Part shown: positions 26,937 through 39,026 of the stretch, in pieces | How the letters are laid out: each line of letters begins with the position of its first letter | Position numbering within the stretch: the first letter of the stretch is position 1 | Assembly: GCA_964551175.1 (NCBI GenBank) | Contig: CAZKBZ010000002.1 | Location: 2,110 to 66,109 of the forward strand | From: an uncultured Desulfobulbus sp. | GTDB taxonomy: Bacteria > Desulfobacterota > Desulfobulbia > Desulfobulbales > Desulfobulbaceae | Length of the DNA: 64,000 bases | Direction of reading: 5' to 3' | Position numbers and translations under genes: made by a program | Notes under the pieces: generated by a model | Seen by the model: only the letters and a program-made list of their open reading frames with translations | Database searches by the model: none | Told to the model about the DNA's origin: nothing

Positions 26937-28460
26937 TCATTCATCTTCCTCTTCTCCTAACTGTTCAACCACCCTTTTTTTTGAAAACCTCATGGCCGAT
27001 GCAAGCAAATATTCCAGGGAAGGTTGTGGTTTGACCATGATAAGAAGCTGATAACTGAACAATGAAGGTCGAAGCCTGATAAAAAAACCATGCAGAGAGG
27101 AAAAAAGCTCTGCCAGCCATGACGAAGAAAAAACTAAATGATACGGGATCGCCAACCCATGGACTTCGCTGACAGTGAAATTGTTTTGAGAAAATAAACG
27201 CTTAATTGATCGCAAAGTAAACAGACGGAAATGACGCAGGTTTATAATCCCTTTTCTGGTATACGAAAACCTTCCGAACAATAATGTTATCCGTGTCAGC
27301 AAAAAAGCGATATTTCCCACGGCCAGGATTATTTCTATTTCTGGACAATATCGACACTTTTCACTGAGCCTTGACAACATTTTTTCCGGTTGCCGGGCAA
27401 GGTCAGTATCATCCAGCAATATCAGATAGTCAAAGCTGTCAAAGTTTTTACATTCCTCATTAAGCAAACTTTTTCCATCAATTACAACCTCGCTCCCTTT
27501 TTCCAGTAGACGTAAACGTAATGATTCGCTACTCTCACCTAAAATCAGTATCTTCGAAGCTGCCGGCAGTACCTGCACGATAAGATCTTCTGCATTTTTT
27601 GAATAAATTCTTTCCTGGTCAGCAGATTCCGGTGCACAGTCAAATTTTCGATCATAAAATATATGATAACGCTGTACCTGTGACTGAGTTGTCACTTTGA
27701 AAACATTCCAGGCATAGGCGATACCATTCACATGGCAAATCTCATCACCATAAAACGTAGGAATAGGCAATTCTCGTATTCGATAGCCGGCAATGACAAA
27801 CTGAATAATGATTTCAGTATCAAAATGAAAATCATTGCTGTTCAACGCAAAGGGAACACCTGCAAGAGCGCTTGTAGAATACAGGCGATAACCACTGTGA
27901 AACTCACTCAAGCTCGAGCCAAGCATTCTATTTTGAAACCATGTCAAGACCTTATTCCCTGCAAATTTATAAAGTGGCATTCCTCCCTTCAGGGCTGAAA
28001 ATCCTTCAAGCATGCGGGAACCGAACACTGCTTCCGCCTCACCCTCAGCAAGGGGTTTCACAAGTTTCGGAAGACATTCCGGTGCATACTGACCATCGCC
28101 GTGGACCAAGGCGACCCAATCAAAACTATTGGCAATGGCGTAGTGAAAACCTATTTTCTGATTTCCACCATACCCCTGATTTACGGGATTAAACAATACT
28201 GTAATCTTAAAAGGAACAAGACCGGCACGGCGGGTCAGCTCACTGCACCTGAAGGTTTTATCCTGGGAGGCATCATCTATGATCAGTATTTCTACTTCGT
28301 AGTTGTCAGCAAGATGACCGGGAATACGCTTAAGGACATCCTCAATGGTCTGCTCGGCATTGTAAGCGACAATAAAAACCAGAAGACGTCCTCTTCTTGA
28401 AGGACCTGCCTTACCCTGTCTTTCAAAAAAAATTGTCTTCCGCTCGGTCTCTTTCTGCAT
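26937..28460 (-). CDS. GT2 glycosyltransferase with C-terminal Rossmann/methyltransferase-like domain
   Basis: N-terminus LLVFIVAYNAEQTIEDVL ... ILIIDDASQDKT ... VHGDGQYAP. The C-terminal roughly 200 aa read KILILGESSESLRLRLLEKGSEVV ... FDYLILLDDTDLARQPEKMLSRL. Confidence 0.7.
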   Translation of the reverse strand: MQKETERKTIFFERQGKAGPSRRGRLLVFIVAYNAEQTIEDVLKRIPGHLADNYEVEILIIDDASQDKTFRCSELTRRAGLVPFKITVLFNPVNQGYGGNQKIGFHYAIANSFDWVALVHGDGQYAPECLPKLVKPLAEGEAEAVFGSRMLEGFSALKGGMPLYKFAGNKVLTWFQNRMLGSSLSEFHSGYRLYSTSALAGVPFALNSNDFHFDTEIIIQFVIAGYRIRELPIPTFYGDEICHVNGIAYAWNVFKVTTQSQVQRYHIFYDRKFDCAPESADQERIYSKNAEDLIVQVLPAASKILILGESSESLRLRLLEKGSEVVIDGKSLLNEECKNFDSFDYLILLDDTDLARQPEKMLSRLSEKCRYCPEIEIILAVGNIAFLLTRITLLFGRFSYTRKGIINLRHFRLFTLRSIKRLFSQNNFTVSEVHGLAIPYHLVFSSSWLAELFSSLHGFFIRLRPSLFSYQLLIMVKPQPSLEYLLASAMRFSKKRVVEQLGEEEDE

Positions 28461-28508
28461 ACATCACCTTGTACCACCAGCAACCCTATACAATGCTTTA
28501 CAGGCTGT

Positions 28509-28756
28509 CTATTTTTCTCTCTTGATCCTTTTGTATAAAGCTGTCAAACGGTCTTCATGGGGTATCATGAGACGGAACAAAGGCCTGCCAACACGATGAA
28601 GAACCGTTAACACCACGAGGCACCTAATGCCCGGTCCTCCTCCCAGATTCCCCATGGGCAGGAGTTTATTCAAAGTTGATATTCTGGTTATCCTGCCTAT
28701 CTCACCCCTGCCAAGATCAAACTGTTTTCCAGTAACCCGTACCTCTTTCATAGACA

Positions 28757-28757
<1 letters not shown>
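28509..28757 (-). CDS. Small hypothetical protein (82 aa)
   Basis: Its ATG overlaps the upstream TAA (TAATG), which suggests translational coupling. No recognisable motif. Confidence 0.25.
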
Positions 28758-30823
<2,066 letters not shown>

Positions 30824-30838
30824 TTACACTGAAAGAGC

Positions 30839-33223
30839 TTATGTGGTTGCGGCCAGTCGGAGACGACAATATGCCAGAAAGGCAACAATATAAATCAGTA
30901 TCGCTGCGATAAGAGTTACACGGAATCCTGAACAAATCGACAACAGAACACTGCTTAACCCACCTATAACAGTGAACAAACCATTCATTGCCCATGCCCA
31001 GGCTATGGCCCCCTGCGGCTGATCTTTGATGGTCATAATACCAAGAGGGAAAGGCATACCCATGAAAAAACCCACCGGAAAAATCAAAACAATTGCGGCA
31101 ACAATACGAACAAGTGTTGGAGACTGCAGAAACAACTCAAAGTAAGCGGGATAAACCAGCAACAGGAGAAGATTAGTCAACAGGACTCCTGTGAAGGGGA
31201 TCAACCAGCGGTTTCCGGGTGATATTTTTATTTTTTCCGACACAACACTCCCGATACCGGCAGCGAGCAGAAGGGCAAACACCACGACTGAGTAGGTGTA
31301 CAGGGGATAGCCGACCAGTTTCATAAAGATCTGGATAAAAACCAGTTCAACAATAATAAACCCGGCTCCCAGGCAGGAAAAATAGATAAGGGAGGCTACT
31401 TTCCCCGGCCAAGATGCCTTGCCAGCTGTAGAAAAAAACATTGGTATAAGTATGAAGAGCATTGTGAAGACAAGGGAGGCAAAACCGGTAACTATCAAAT
31501 GAATTACATCAGATGGAATCCAGCTCTTCTTCAGCTGAGAGTTAATTAATGACGCAGTGGAATAATTAAGATAATTTTCCGGATCGGCTTCAAGCCTGTC
31601 AAAGGATTTTCGCAGGAAATTAAAATATGGTTTGTTATCTGTGGACGCTGCAAGATGATATTTAGCGTTGCGAATCGTATCGCGGGAAAGCTCACCTGTA
31701 AAAAATTCAGCTGACAACATTCCATCTTCAGGGTTAAGGGGATTTACCACAGGTTTCATTACTGAAGGAAAATAGGACATCAACTCATCGAGTTCTTTCT
31801 CTGTCCATGGCTCCATCTTAATGAGCAAGGTAGGCAGGTTATCCTGGAATCCTTTTTTCACTGCCTCCACTACAACAATATATTTATGAAAATCTGTTCT
31901 GCCAAGTTCCTTCCATGCCAGAGCAGCAGTGGCAACCATTCGGGGATAGACATGATGGTTGATATGCAGGATACCGTCTTTTCCCAGATGAGTGAAGTAC
32001 TCTTTATAGGCTTCCGCTGTCTGCAGATACGTTGTCGCCATGGCTCCGGTGCCTGCAGCAATACTGGAGCTGGTATGATTGCTGTACATCTGGATGATAT
32101 CATATTTCTTGTTACTTGAACGCAGGAAGCTGCGACCTTCTCCGCGCAGTGCGTTTACCTTGGGATGATTAAAGATATTTCCGTTATAGTCAGCATAATT
32201 GGTCTTACCGATTTTAATTACATAGCCAACCAGTTCCACCGCATCCACATGTGCCGCGCCGAACATCAAAGCGGCCTTGGTTTCCGAGCCACCGGCAGCG
32301 CCGATAATAAGAACTTGCTGATTACTGTCTTTTTTCAGAGCATGGGATACCCAAACATTACTGCTGTAAAAATGATATCCCCGGTGATTAAGGACGTCTG
32401 TACGAAGCTGAACAAAGTTACCGTCAAAAGGAATAATAAAAGAAGACTGAGATCCACCGTCATAGGCTATATGTTTCATTTTTCCATAATCAATAACGTC
32501 TATTTTAGAGATTGGATCCCAATGGGATAACTCTATAAGACCTCGATCTCTGGCTCCTTTTACACCACGCTTATCAATATGATCCTTGAATTCAAAATAG
32601 CCGTCGTTGAAAAAAGGAACAGCAGCAAGTACCACAGCCAGTACCACAGTGACCGCAGTCCACTTGCTGTCAGAGGAGAAACAGCCGGATGCAAGCAGTC
32701 CGAAAGCACCGACAAGAAAAATGACCCCTCCCGGACCAATGGGTGGTAAAAAAGGTATAAGCATCAGACAGCCCACAGCAGCACCTGCCAAGTCCCAGCA
32801 ATAAAGCCTCTGGATTCTGTCGGCATAAACGGAAAATACGGTAGTAAATGCAAGACCAGCCAAAAAAAAGGGGGTAATAAGAAACAGGTACATAATAAGA
32901 AATAATACTGTCCCTTTCAACGGTGACTTATACAATACATTGAAATCAAAGGGTAACCAGTTCAAAGCTGGAAGGATTGTCAGTGCAAAAACAGCAAACA
33001 GAAAAGCCAGAATAGAGAGATATCTCCTGGGGTCTGTTTCTTTGTCCAATGGCCGTAGGGAAGAATAAACACCGGAAAGTCCAAAACAGAACATTGCCAG
33101 AGTGATGACCATGTATGCCATATTGGGATACCATATTACATCAAATACCCGAACCAAAATCAACTCCAGCATCAGTGTGGTCAGAGCCATGAACATCAGG
33201 CCTATACTCATTTTCACCATCAA
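30839..33223 (-). CDS. Membrane-embedded spermidine-synthase-like (aminopropyl/methyltransferase-fold) protein
   Basis: About 7 N-terminal TM helices, then a central SpeE-like Rossmann domain (VLIIGAAGGSETKAALMFGAAHVDAVELV ... YDIIQMYSNH), then about 6 C-terminal TM helices. Confidence 0.7.
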   Translation of the reverse strand: MMVKMSIGLMFMALTTLMLELILVRVFDVIWYPNMAYMVITLAMFCFGLSGVYSSLRPLDKETDPRRYLSILAFLFAVFALTILPALNWLPFDFNVLYKSPLKGTVLFLIMYLFLITPFFLAGLAFTTVFSVYADRIQRLYCWDLAGAAVGCLMLIPFLPPIGPGGVIFLVGAFGLLASGCFSSDSKWTAVTVVLAVVLAAVPFFNDGYFEFKDHIDKRGVKGARDRGLIELSHWDPISKIDVIDYGKMKHIAYDGGSQSSFIIPFDGNFVQLRTDVLNHRGYHFYSSNVWVSHALKKDSNQQVLIIGAAGGSETKAALMFGAAHVDAVELVGYVIKIGKTNYADYNGNIFNHPKVNALRGEGRSFLRSSNKKYDIIQMYSNHTSSSIAAGTGAMATTYLQTAEAYKEYFTHLGKDGILHINHHVYPRMVATAALAWKELGRTDFHKYIVVVEAVKKGFQDNLPTLLIKMEPWTEKELDELMSYFPSVMKPVVNPLNPEDGMLSAEFFTGELSRDTIRNAKYHLAASTDNKPYFNFLRKSFDRLEADPENYLNYSTASLINSQLKKSWIPSDVIHLIVTGFASLVFTMLFILIPMFFSTAGKASWPGKVASLIYFSCLGAGFIIVELVFIQIFMKLVGYPLYTYSVVVFALLLAAGIGSVVSEKIKISPGNRWLIPFTGVLLTNLLLLLVYPAYFELFLQSPTLVRIVAAIVLIFPVGFFMGMPFPLGIMTIKDQPQGAIAWAWAMNGLFTVIGGLSSVLLSICSGFRVTLIAAILIYIVAFLAYCRLRLAATT

Positions 33224-33272
33224 ATCGTTCCTTACAGGGAGGGGAAAGTAAAACGCAATAGTGTGTTGACGC

Positions 33273-34235
33273 TCAGCGCAACCAATTGCCGATCGTGTGC
33301 AATATACGGTGGGTTTGCTTCTTTATGCCGGGTTCACGAGAAGGGTGAACAACACTTCGTACTTCTGTCAGTTCCTGCTCCAGTTCAACAAGTCGGTCAC
33401 AACCGGCTGCCACCACCGCCTGGTATTCTGACGGCAATTTGGCCAACAGGTATTTTCGGATAACCAGCATATCCTGTTCTCGACCTATTATTGCTGCTTC
33501 ACCCAGGGTATTGCCGCCATGAATTCTGTACTGCAGAAGTTTTTTATCGTGGAGGTAGGTTACCTGATCAGGAAAGGCAAGCATTACCCTGAAAATAAAA
33601 TCATAATCATGCAAATACCGGAGAGAACAAAATTTCCCGGTTCGGGCAACGGCTTCACGAGTTAAAAAAAGATTTGAAGTCGTAACCATGAAGTTACCTT
33701 TCAGGAAGCCGGTATAGAGATCCCTGGAGTCAAAATAAAACTGACGGTTTTTTGAGTGCCATTGATTCCAGCCAAAATCAGGATCAGATAATTCCTGCCC
33801 GTTTTCATCAATGGGAATCACATCTGTAAACAGACATTGCGCACCGGTACGGTGTTGTTCTCCCAGCAATACCTCAAGACGGTCGGGCATGTACACATCA
33901 TCAGAATTCAGGATAGCAACATATTTCCCACGGGCCAGATCAAAGCCACGGTTAAGAGTATTATAAGCATCTTTATTCTCCTGCCAGAAATAGGTTATCC
34001 TGGAATCTGTGTACGCCTGAACCACCGCTCCGGTTTGATCCGTTGAGCCGTCATCAATGACCAGCAATTCAAAATCCACCCATGTCTGATTAAGAACACT
34101 ATCTATGGCCGGTCCTATGTAACGTTCATGATTATAAGCCGGAATGATCACTGAAACTGCTGGATCCATCTGATTAGTGTATATTAAGTTATGGGTATCT
34201 TGCAAAATTGCTATTTTGCCCGATTTCTGTGTCAC
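33273..34235 (-). CDS. Family 2 glycosyltransferase
   Basis: VSVIIPAYNHERYIGPAIDSVLNQT ... LLVIDDGSTDQT ... ILNSDD. An alternative start is at MDPAV (34169). Confidence 0.8.
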   Translation of the reverse strand: MTQKSGKIAILQDTHNLIYTNQMDPAVSVIIPAYNHERYIGPAIDSVLNQTWVDFELLVIDDGSTDQTGAVVQAYTDSRITYFWQENKDAYNTLNRGFDLARGKYVAILNSDDVYMPDRLEVLLGEQHRTGAQCLFTDVIPIDENGQELSDPDFGWNQWHSKNRQFYFDSRDLYTGFLKGNFMVTTSNLFLTREAVARTGKFCSLRYLHDYDFIFRVMLAFPDQVTYLHDKKLLQYRIHGGNTLGEAAIIGREQDMLVIRKYLLAKLPSEYQAVVAAGCDRLVELEQELTEVRSVVHPSREPGIKKQTHRILHTIGNWLR

Positions 34236-34541
34236 ATCGAAAAATCAAATGCTCACAAATGCCTAATATGCTGCGCTTTTATTTTCCGCTGTTCCTTGAA
34301 CTCGAACAAAATATCTAATTTTTCAAGGTACCCTTATGCCAAAATACAGGCCGAATAATGTATGTTCGAAAATGAAAATTTTCGTTCGAACGCGAGGCAG
34401 GCGAAAAAAAAGCAAGCATCTTCATGATATTCTGACAATTCTTTATTCACATCACACCGAGATCAAACACAATACCATTCCAAAAAAGGATGCTGGAATT
34501 ATTCATCAACTTTCAGGAAATATTCTGATCAGAAATATGCT

Positions 34542-35024
34542 TTACACGGCATCAAACTCCTGCCGTGCCAGCCTAACGCCGTCAATATAAATCAAAACAC
34601 TCCATAAGCCATAATATTTTATTTTATAATCTTGTCCCGTCATTAACCGTGTAACTGGACCATTCTGCCATACCTGCAACCAACTAAATAATCGATATTT
34701 TTTGACTTTATCTTGAACGACAAAATCGTATTCTGACCGCTGCTCCAGTATGCCTGTCGGTGTAATCCAGTCCACCCGCATCGTATGCTTACCGGCAGCC
34801 AGTCCTACTACGTCAAACACACAATAAAAAGTGTCGTCGAGACTAAAAGACGATTGCTCCCTGACAAATGGTTGTTCTCCATACATAGCTGAATATACGA
34901 CCGATACTTGAGTAGAGGCTTGAATAATACTGGCAAACATAAAAAACAGTATTATCCAGAAAACAGTCGCTTTTCTTAGTCGCAAATCACTATTGGAGAG
35001 CATCACAATTAACCGATTCAACAA
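34542..35024 (-). CDS. Hypothetical membrane-anchored/secreted protein
   Basis: 160-aa ORF with an N-terminal hydrophobic helix (VFWIILFFMFASIIQA) and a predicted beta-rich remainder. No motif recognised. Confidence 0.4.
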   Translation of the reverse strand: MLNRLIVMLSNSDLRLRKATVFWIILFFMFASIIQASTQVSVVYSAMYGEQPFVREQSSFSLDDTFYCVFDVVGLAAGKHTMRVDWITPTGILEQRSEYDFVVQDKVKKYRLFSWLQVWQNGPVTRLMTGQDYKIKYYGLWSVLIYIDGVRLARQEFDAV

Positions 35025-35032
35025 TACATATG

Positions 35033-35617
35033 TTAATTTGACACGGTGAAAATCATTTCATGCCATTTGGCATAAGCGCCATGGTCATGGCCGCAGGGAT
35101 AGACCTGATCAGCCCACAATTCAACAATATCTCCCTGGTTAATCTGAAATGTACCTACATCCATCATCTTATTCCGGTCAGGACATTTTTCATAAGAACA
35201 GCCACAGGCCAGCTGTCCCGTGGCGTAAGGATAATGACCTGATTTTACGATAACACCATTAATAGAAAAAGAGTAAGGAGGTGCTCCATCACGCTCGGCC
35301 TGAACCTTGATCTGGACTCTGTACCTGCCGCTAATACCCGGAAAAGAAGCTCTGCAGGTACCGCTGCCGGTATGAGCTTTTAAACCGAGAGCCCCATCTC
35401 GATTCGTCCAGTTTGAACTGCAATTAAAATCGGAGAAGGCATTTAATCTGATTTCGGAAGCTCCCGAAGACGATGCAACATCTGCATTTGCTACCTGTCC
35501 TGCCCCTGTATTACTATTCCCTCCTGCATCGTCGTCATCATCGTCAAATATACCACAAGAAGTAATCAGCATTACAATGACCATAGATAACAACAGATAC
35601 ACTACCTTGCTTTTCAT
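35033..35617 (-). CDS. Lipoprotein with poly-Asp linker and possible carbohydrate-binding beta-sandwich
   Basis: Lipobox LITSC in the signal peptide, a DDDDDD run after the Cys, and a GRYRVQIKVQAERDG...YSFSINGV segment reminiscent of CBM-type modules (weak). Confidence 0.5.
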   Translation of the reverse strand: MKSKVVYLLLSMVIVMLITSCGIFDDDDDDAGGNSNTGAGQVANADVASSSGASEIRLNAFSDFNCSSNWTNRDGALGLKAHTGSGTCRASFPGISGRYRVQIKVQAERDGAPPYSFSINGVIVKSGHYPYATGQLACGCSYEKCPDRNKMMDVGTFQINQGDIVELWADQVYPCGHDHGAYAKWHEMIFTVSN

Positions 35618-35678
35618 AAGCTCTCCTTAAGTCAAGATATTAACATTTTTTAGAACAATTATTATCGGACTACTCACA

Positions 35679-37502
35679 TTACATACTGCATAAAGAAACC
35701 GACTCTACCATAACAGAGGTAACTGTACGGCCTTTCTTTTTCCATCTCAATACCAATTCATGTATCATTGAGCGAGGTGGTATAGATACATACAACGTAT
35801 TCAGGACACTGTCCACTTGCTCTTCAGTCCAAAAAATCTCTTTTCCGCCAAACTTTCGGATTTTGACCTCAAGGCTTCCACTGCCTTGTGAGGCAAGACG
35901 AATTCGTGCAATATAACTACTGTTATCTTTTTTAGCCAGTCCGGGTAGGAAAATTTTCGTATCTTCAATTGAGACCTTTATGTTTTTTTTATCAATTTCC
36001 TTTCTGCTCTGATCCTGTTTTGCCGATAATTCAAATTGTGATGCCAAGTACTCTTGTCGTATGGCAGAAGGATTCTCCGGTGGCTGCCGCAGAATAAACA
36101 TGTTGAGTATTTCCTGAATAACAAAGGTCGGCTTTTCATAAGCAAAAATCTGAGTGGGAAAGTTAACGATTGTTCTATAATTCCAGACCTCCTTGGCATT
36201 TGCGCTAAAAAAATAAACACACTTTTCCAGGAAAGAATCACCCAACAGCAAAATCGATTGTATCGGAGCAGCAGGATTACGAACCATCCGGATTGACATA
36301 GTCTCTCCCTGACTATTACTGATCATACCCTTCGGTGGATAGACGTCATGGATTCCCTCAGATGGCAGGTCTTCAAGTTTGTACAGTGGTGTTCCAGGCT
36401 TGGGTACCAAAGTGAGATAATGTTCATTCTTATGCAGGCGAACCGGCAAACCGATCATATTCATGAAACGATGATGAGCCCAGTGTTTGTCGATTTTCAC
36501 GGTGAAGTCATCAAGTGTTACCGGAGTCAAAGGATATTCCGGGAAAAAAGTCTGCATCTTCCTGATGACCTCCTGATATGCCACCAGGGAGCCGTAATAA
36601 TTCCAGTGAAAATCTGTCCGATAAAAAAGCAGAGGATATTCACGGATCCTTTTTTCCTTGAGCATGGCAGGCAGCAGATCCACAAAATGAATATTGGCAT
36701 TATCCTTCAGGTATGCCGACAACTGATCATAACGCCGCTGCCCTTTTTTCAGGTTCTGCAAAGATTGAGGAAGAAATTCTGGATATACCAGAGCCTTTGT
36801 CGGAGCCAGAACAAATACATACTCGATACCTTGTTTTTTTAGCCAGTAACTGCGTTCTTCAAGGGTTAGCTTCCATTTCCAGAGATCCCATTCAGAAAAA
36901 GGGAACATACCCATGTAATCTGCAATGTTATCAAATTTCTCCACGACTCCTTTTTCAACTTTTCGGGCACCATATCCTTCAAAATAAAATCCTTTTTTAC
37001 CTAAAGCTACCGTGGTATTGGGAGAGACCTTGAAGAGGTAGATCTTCACCATGGCATTGAGATGAATATATGCCTTAGACAGGATACTGTTATCCTGCCA
37101 GTATTTTTCATAGGTTGCGGGGAACTGCCTGACAAGTGTCAAGGTAGACGCAGATGTTTTTTCCTGAACCCTTTGGAGATAGGCGATTACTTTGGAAAAA
37201 CTTCTGCCTGCAAAAGAGGTATGTGAAACCAGTGGATAAAACAATAAACCGCAAAACAGGGTTATCAGGAGTAAATGAGCCGGGCGGACATTCTTTTCAG
37301 ACGTCAGCCGGAATCCGATACGCAGACCGAGAAAGACAGCAGCCAGCAGAAGCAAAGCAACTCTGATAAGTAGACTTTGATAGGCACCGGATTCGAGGTC
37401 AGCAGCCAGGCTCTGCCGGTTTGCTCCCCCTATAAATGCAGCCAACATCGTCATGATGCCTGCTTGCAGCAAAATCTTTCTAAGTGTTCCTTTTATCATC
37501 AA
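35679..37502 (-). CDS. AlgJ/AlgX-like SGNH-type polysaccharide O-acetyltransferase with C-terminal extension
   Basis: N-terminal TM helices, a DxHW-type motif in YRTDFHWN, and GDS in LLLGDSFLEK. It overlaps the upstream MBOAT gene by 4 nt. Confidence 0.65.
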   Translation of the reverse strand: MMIKGTLRKILLQAGIMTMLAAFIGGANRQSLAADLESGAYQSLLIRVALLLLAAVFLGLRIGFRLTSEKNVRPAHLLLITLFCGLLFYPLVSHTSFAGRSFSKVIAYLQRVQEKTSASTLTLVRQFPATYEKYWQDNSILSKAYIHLNAMVKIYLFKVSPNTTVALGKKGFYFEGYGARKVEKGVVEKFDNIADYMGMFPFSEWDLWKWKLTLEERSYWLKKQGIEYVFVLAPTKALVYPEFLPQSLQNLKKGQRRYDQLSAYLKDNANIHFVDLLPAMLKEKRIREYPLLFYRTDFHWNYYGSLVAYQEVIRKMQTFFPEYPLTPVTLDDFTVKIDKHWAHHRFMNMIGLPVRLHKNEHYLTLVPKPGTPLYKLEDLPSEGIHDVYPPKGMISNSQGETMSIRMVRNPAAPIQSILLLGDSFLEKCVYFFSANAKEVWNYRTIVNFPTQIFAYEKPTFVIQEILNMFILRQPPENPSAIRQEYLASQFELSAKQDQSRKEIDKKNIKVSIEDTKIFLPGLAKKDNSSYIARIRLASQGSGSLEVKIRKFGGKEIFWTEEQVDSVLNTLYVSIPPRSMIHELVLRWKKKGRTVTSVMVESVSLCSM

Positions 37503-38962
37503 AATCTGAAATAAAGAAAAGGATTATAGGAACCTCCCATGACACTGGCTACAGAATATGACAGTATGAAACCAAGCCCGACTACCTGCAGTGTTGCAGC
37601 TACAGGTCCTCCAATAAAAACTGAATCCTGCACATCATCAGGTGGACCAATTTCATCAACGATCTTCCCTGTCAGTATCCTGAACAGTGGCATCGCACCA
37701 ATCAGTCCTGCGATCAGAGTGAAGGTAAATTCATTGTTTATATGAAGAAAAATCTGCGAATTATAAATCGGTGCTGTTCCGGGTGTAAACATTGCCCGCA
37801 GAAAAGCCAGAGCAAAAGAAAAACTGTCCGACCTGAAAACCACCCAGCCGCAAAGAACCACAAACATGGCGTAGAGGTGGCGAACAGGCGTGGGTAGGAT
37901 CTGTAAGACTTTAGTCCCTAGACCGGTTCGCTCCAGTATAAGAAAAAAACCGTGATACAGGCCCCAAACAATAAAAGTCCAGCTGGCACCATGCCACAGA
38001 CCACAGAGAAAAAATACGGTAATCAGATTGAAATATGTTCTTAGCACGCTACCCCTGCTACCGCCCAGCGGTATATAGAGATAATCCCGAAACCAGGTTG
38101 ACAGAGAAATATGCCAGCGACGCCAGAACTCCCTGATTGATCTGGAGATATAAGGATAATTGAAGTTTTCCAGAAAATGAAACCCGAACATACGGCCAAG
38201 GCCAATAGCCATATCGGAATAGCCGGAAAAATCATAATATATCTGCAGTGAATAGGATACCGCACCAAGCCAGGCCAAGGTTGCCGGAAGCCTGTCCGGA
38301 GGCAGGGAAAAAATGTAGTCAGCAGTTTGACCAAGAACATTGGCAATCAATACTTTCTTGCCAAGACCGATAATGAAACGACGGATACCGCTGGCCATGT
38401 CGGCAGTCGTAGTTATCCTGTTGCTGATCTGCTTGGCGATATCATGATACCGGACAATAGGACCGGCAATGAGCTGAGGAAACAAGGAAATGTAAAGTGC
38501 TATATTAATTGGATTTTTCTGGACTTTGGACTGTCTGCGGTACAGATCGATCACATAGGACATAGCCTGAAAGGTAAAAAATGAAATACCAATGGGCAGG
38601 TGAATATGCGGGAAACTGACAGGGTCAAGATCCAGGCGCTGAAGCAGGCCGTTCAGATTGGCAACTAGGAAATTAGCATATTTAAAAAAAATCAACAGCA
38701 GCAGATTGATCGCAACTGCGCCTACAAGGGCGGGCTTTCCGGTTTTCCCTTGCTGCTGGGCAAGGTCAATGAACAGGCCGAAGCAGTAGTTGACCAGAAT
38801 TGAAACCAGCATCAGCAAGACATAAATGGTTTCCCCCCAGGCGTAAAAAACCAGGCTTGAAGTCAGCAGGATAACATTACGCATCTTCCTGCCGGCAAGA
38901 AAATAAACAAGCAGGACAATGGGCAAAAAGAAAAAAAGAAAAAAGGTGGAGCTGAAAACCAT
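37499..38962 (-). CDS. MBOAT-family O-acyltransferase (AlgI/DltB-like)
   Basis: Polytopic protein with the conserved MBOAT region FWRRWHISLSTWFRDYLYIPLGGSR and a downstream His (LWHGASW). Confidence 0.9.
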   Translation of the reverse strand: MVFSSTFFLFFFLPIVLLVYFLAGRKMRNVILLTSSLVFYAWGETIYVLLMLVSILVNYCFGLFIDLAQQQGKTGKPALVGAVAINLLLLIFFKYANFLVANLNGLLQRLDLDPVSFPHIHLPIGISFFTFQAMSYVIDLYRRQSKVQKNPINIALYISLFPQLIAGPIVRYHDIAKQISNRITTTADMASGIRRFIIGLGKKVLIANVLGQTADYIFSLPPDRLPATLAWLGAVSYSLQIYYDFSGYSDMAIGLGRMFGFHFLENFNYPYISRSIREFWRRWHISLSTWFRDYLYIPLGGSRGSVLRTYFNLITVFFLCGLWHGASWTFIVWGLYHGFFLILERTGLGTKVLQILPTPVRHLYAMFVVLCGWVVFRSDSFSFALAFLRAMFTPGTAPIYNSQIFLHINNEFTFTLIAGLIGAMPLFRILTGKIVDEIGPPDDVQDSVFIGGPVAATLQVVGLGFILSYSVASVMGGSYNPFLYFRF

Positions 38963-39026
38963 TGAAATCAGTTCAGATCAAAACTTCAGGTAGCTAAAAG
39001 GATACCAACAACATAACAAAACAACG

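Noticed and set aside
34320-34350. Possible sigma54 promoter (minus-strand TGGCAT...) upstream of the GT2 gene at 34235
   Set aside because: The -12 element (TTGC/GC at the correct 10-nt spacing from GG) is absent.
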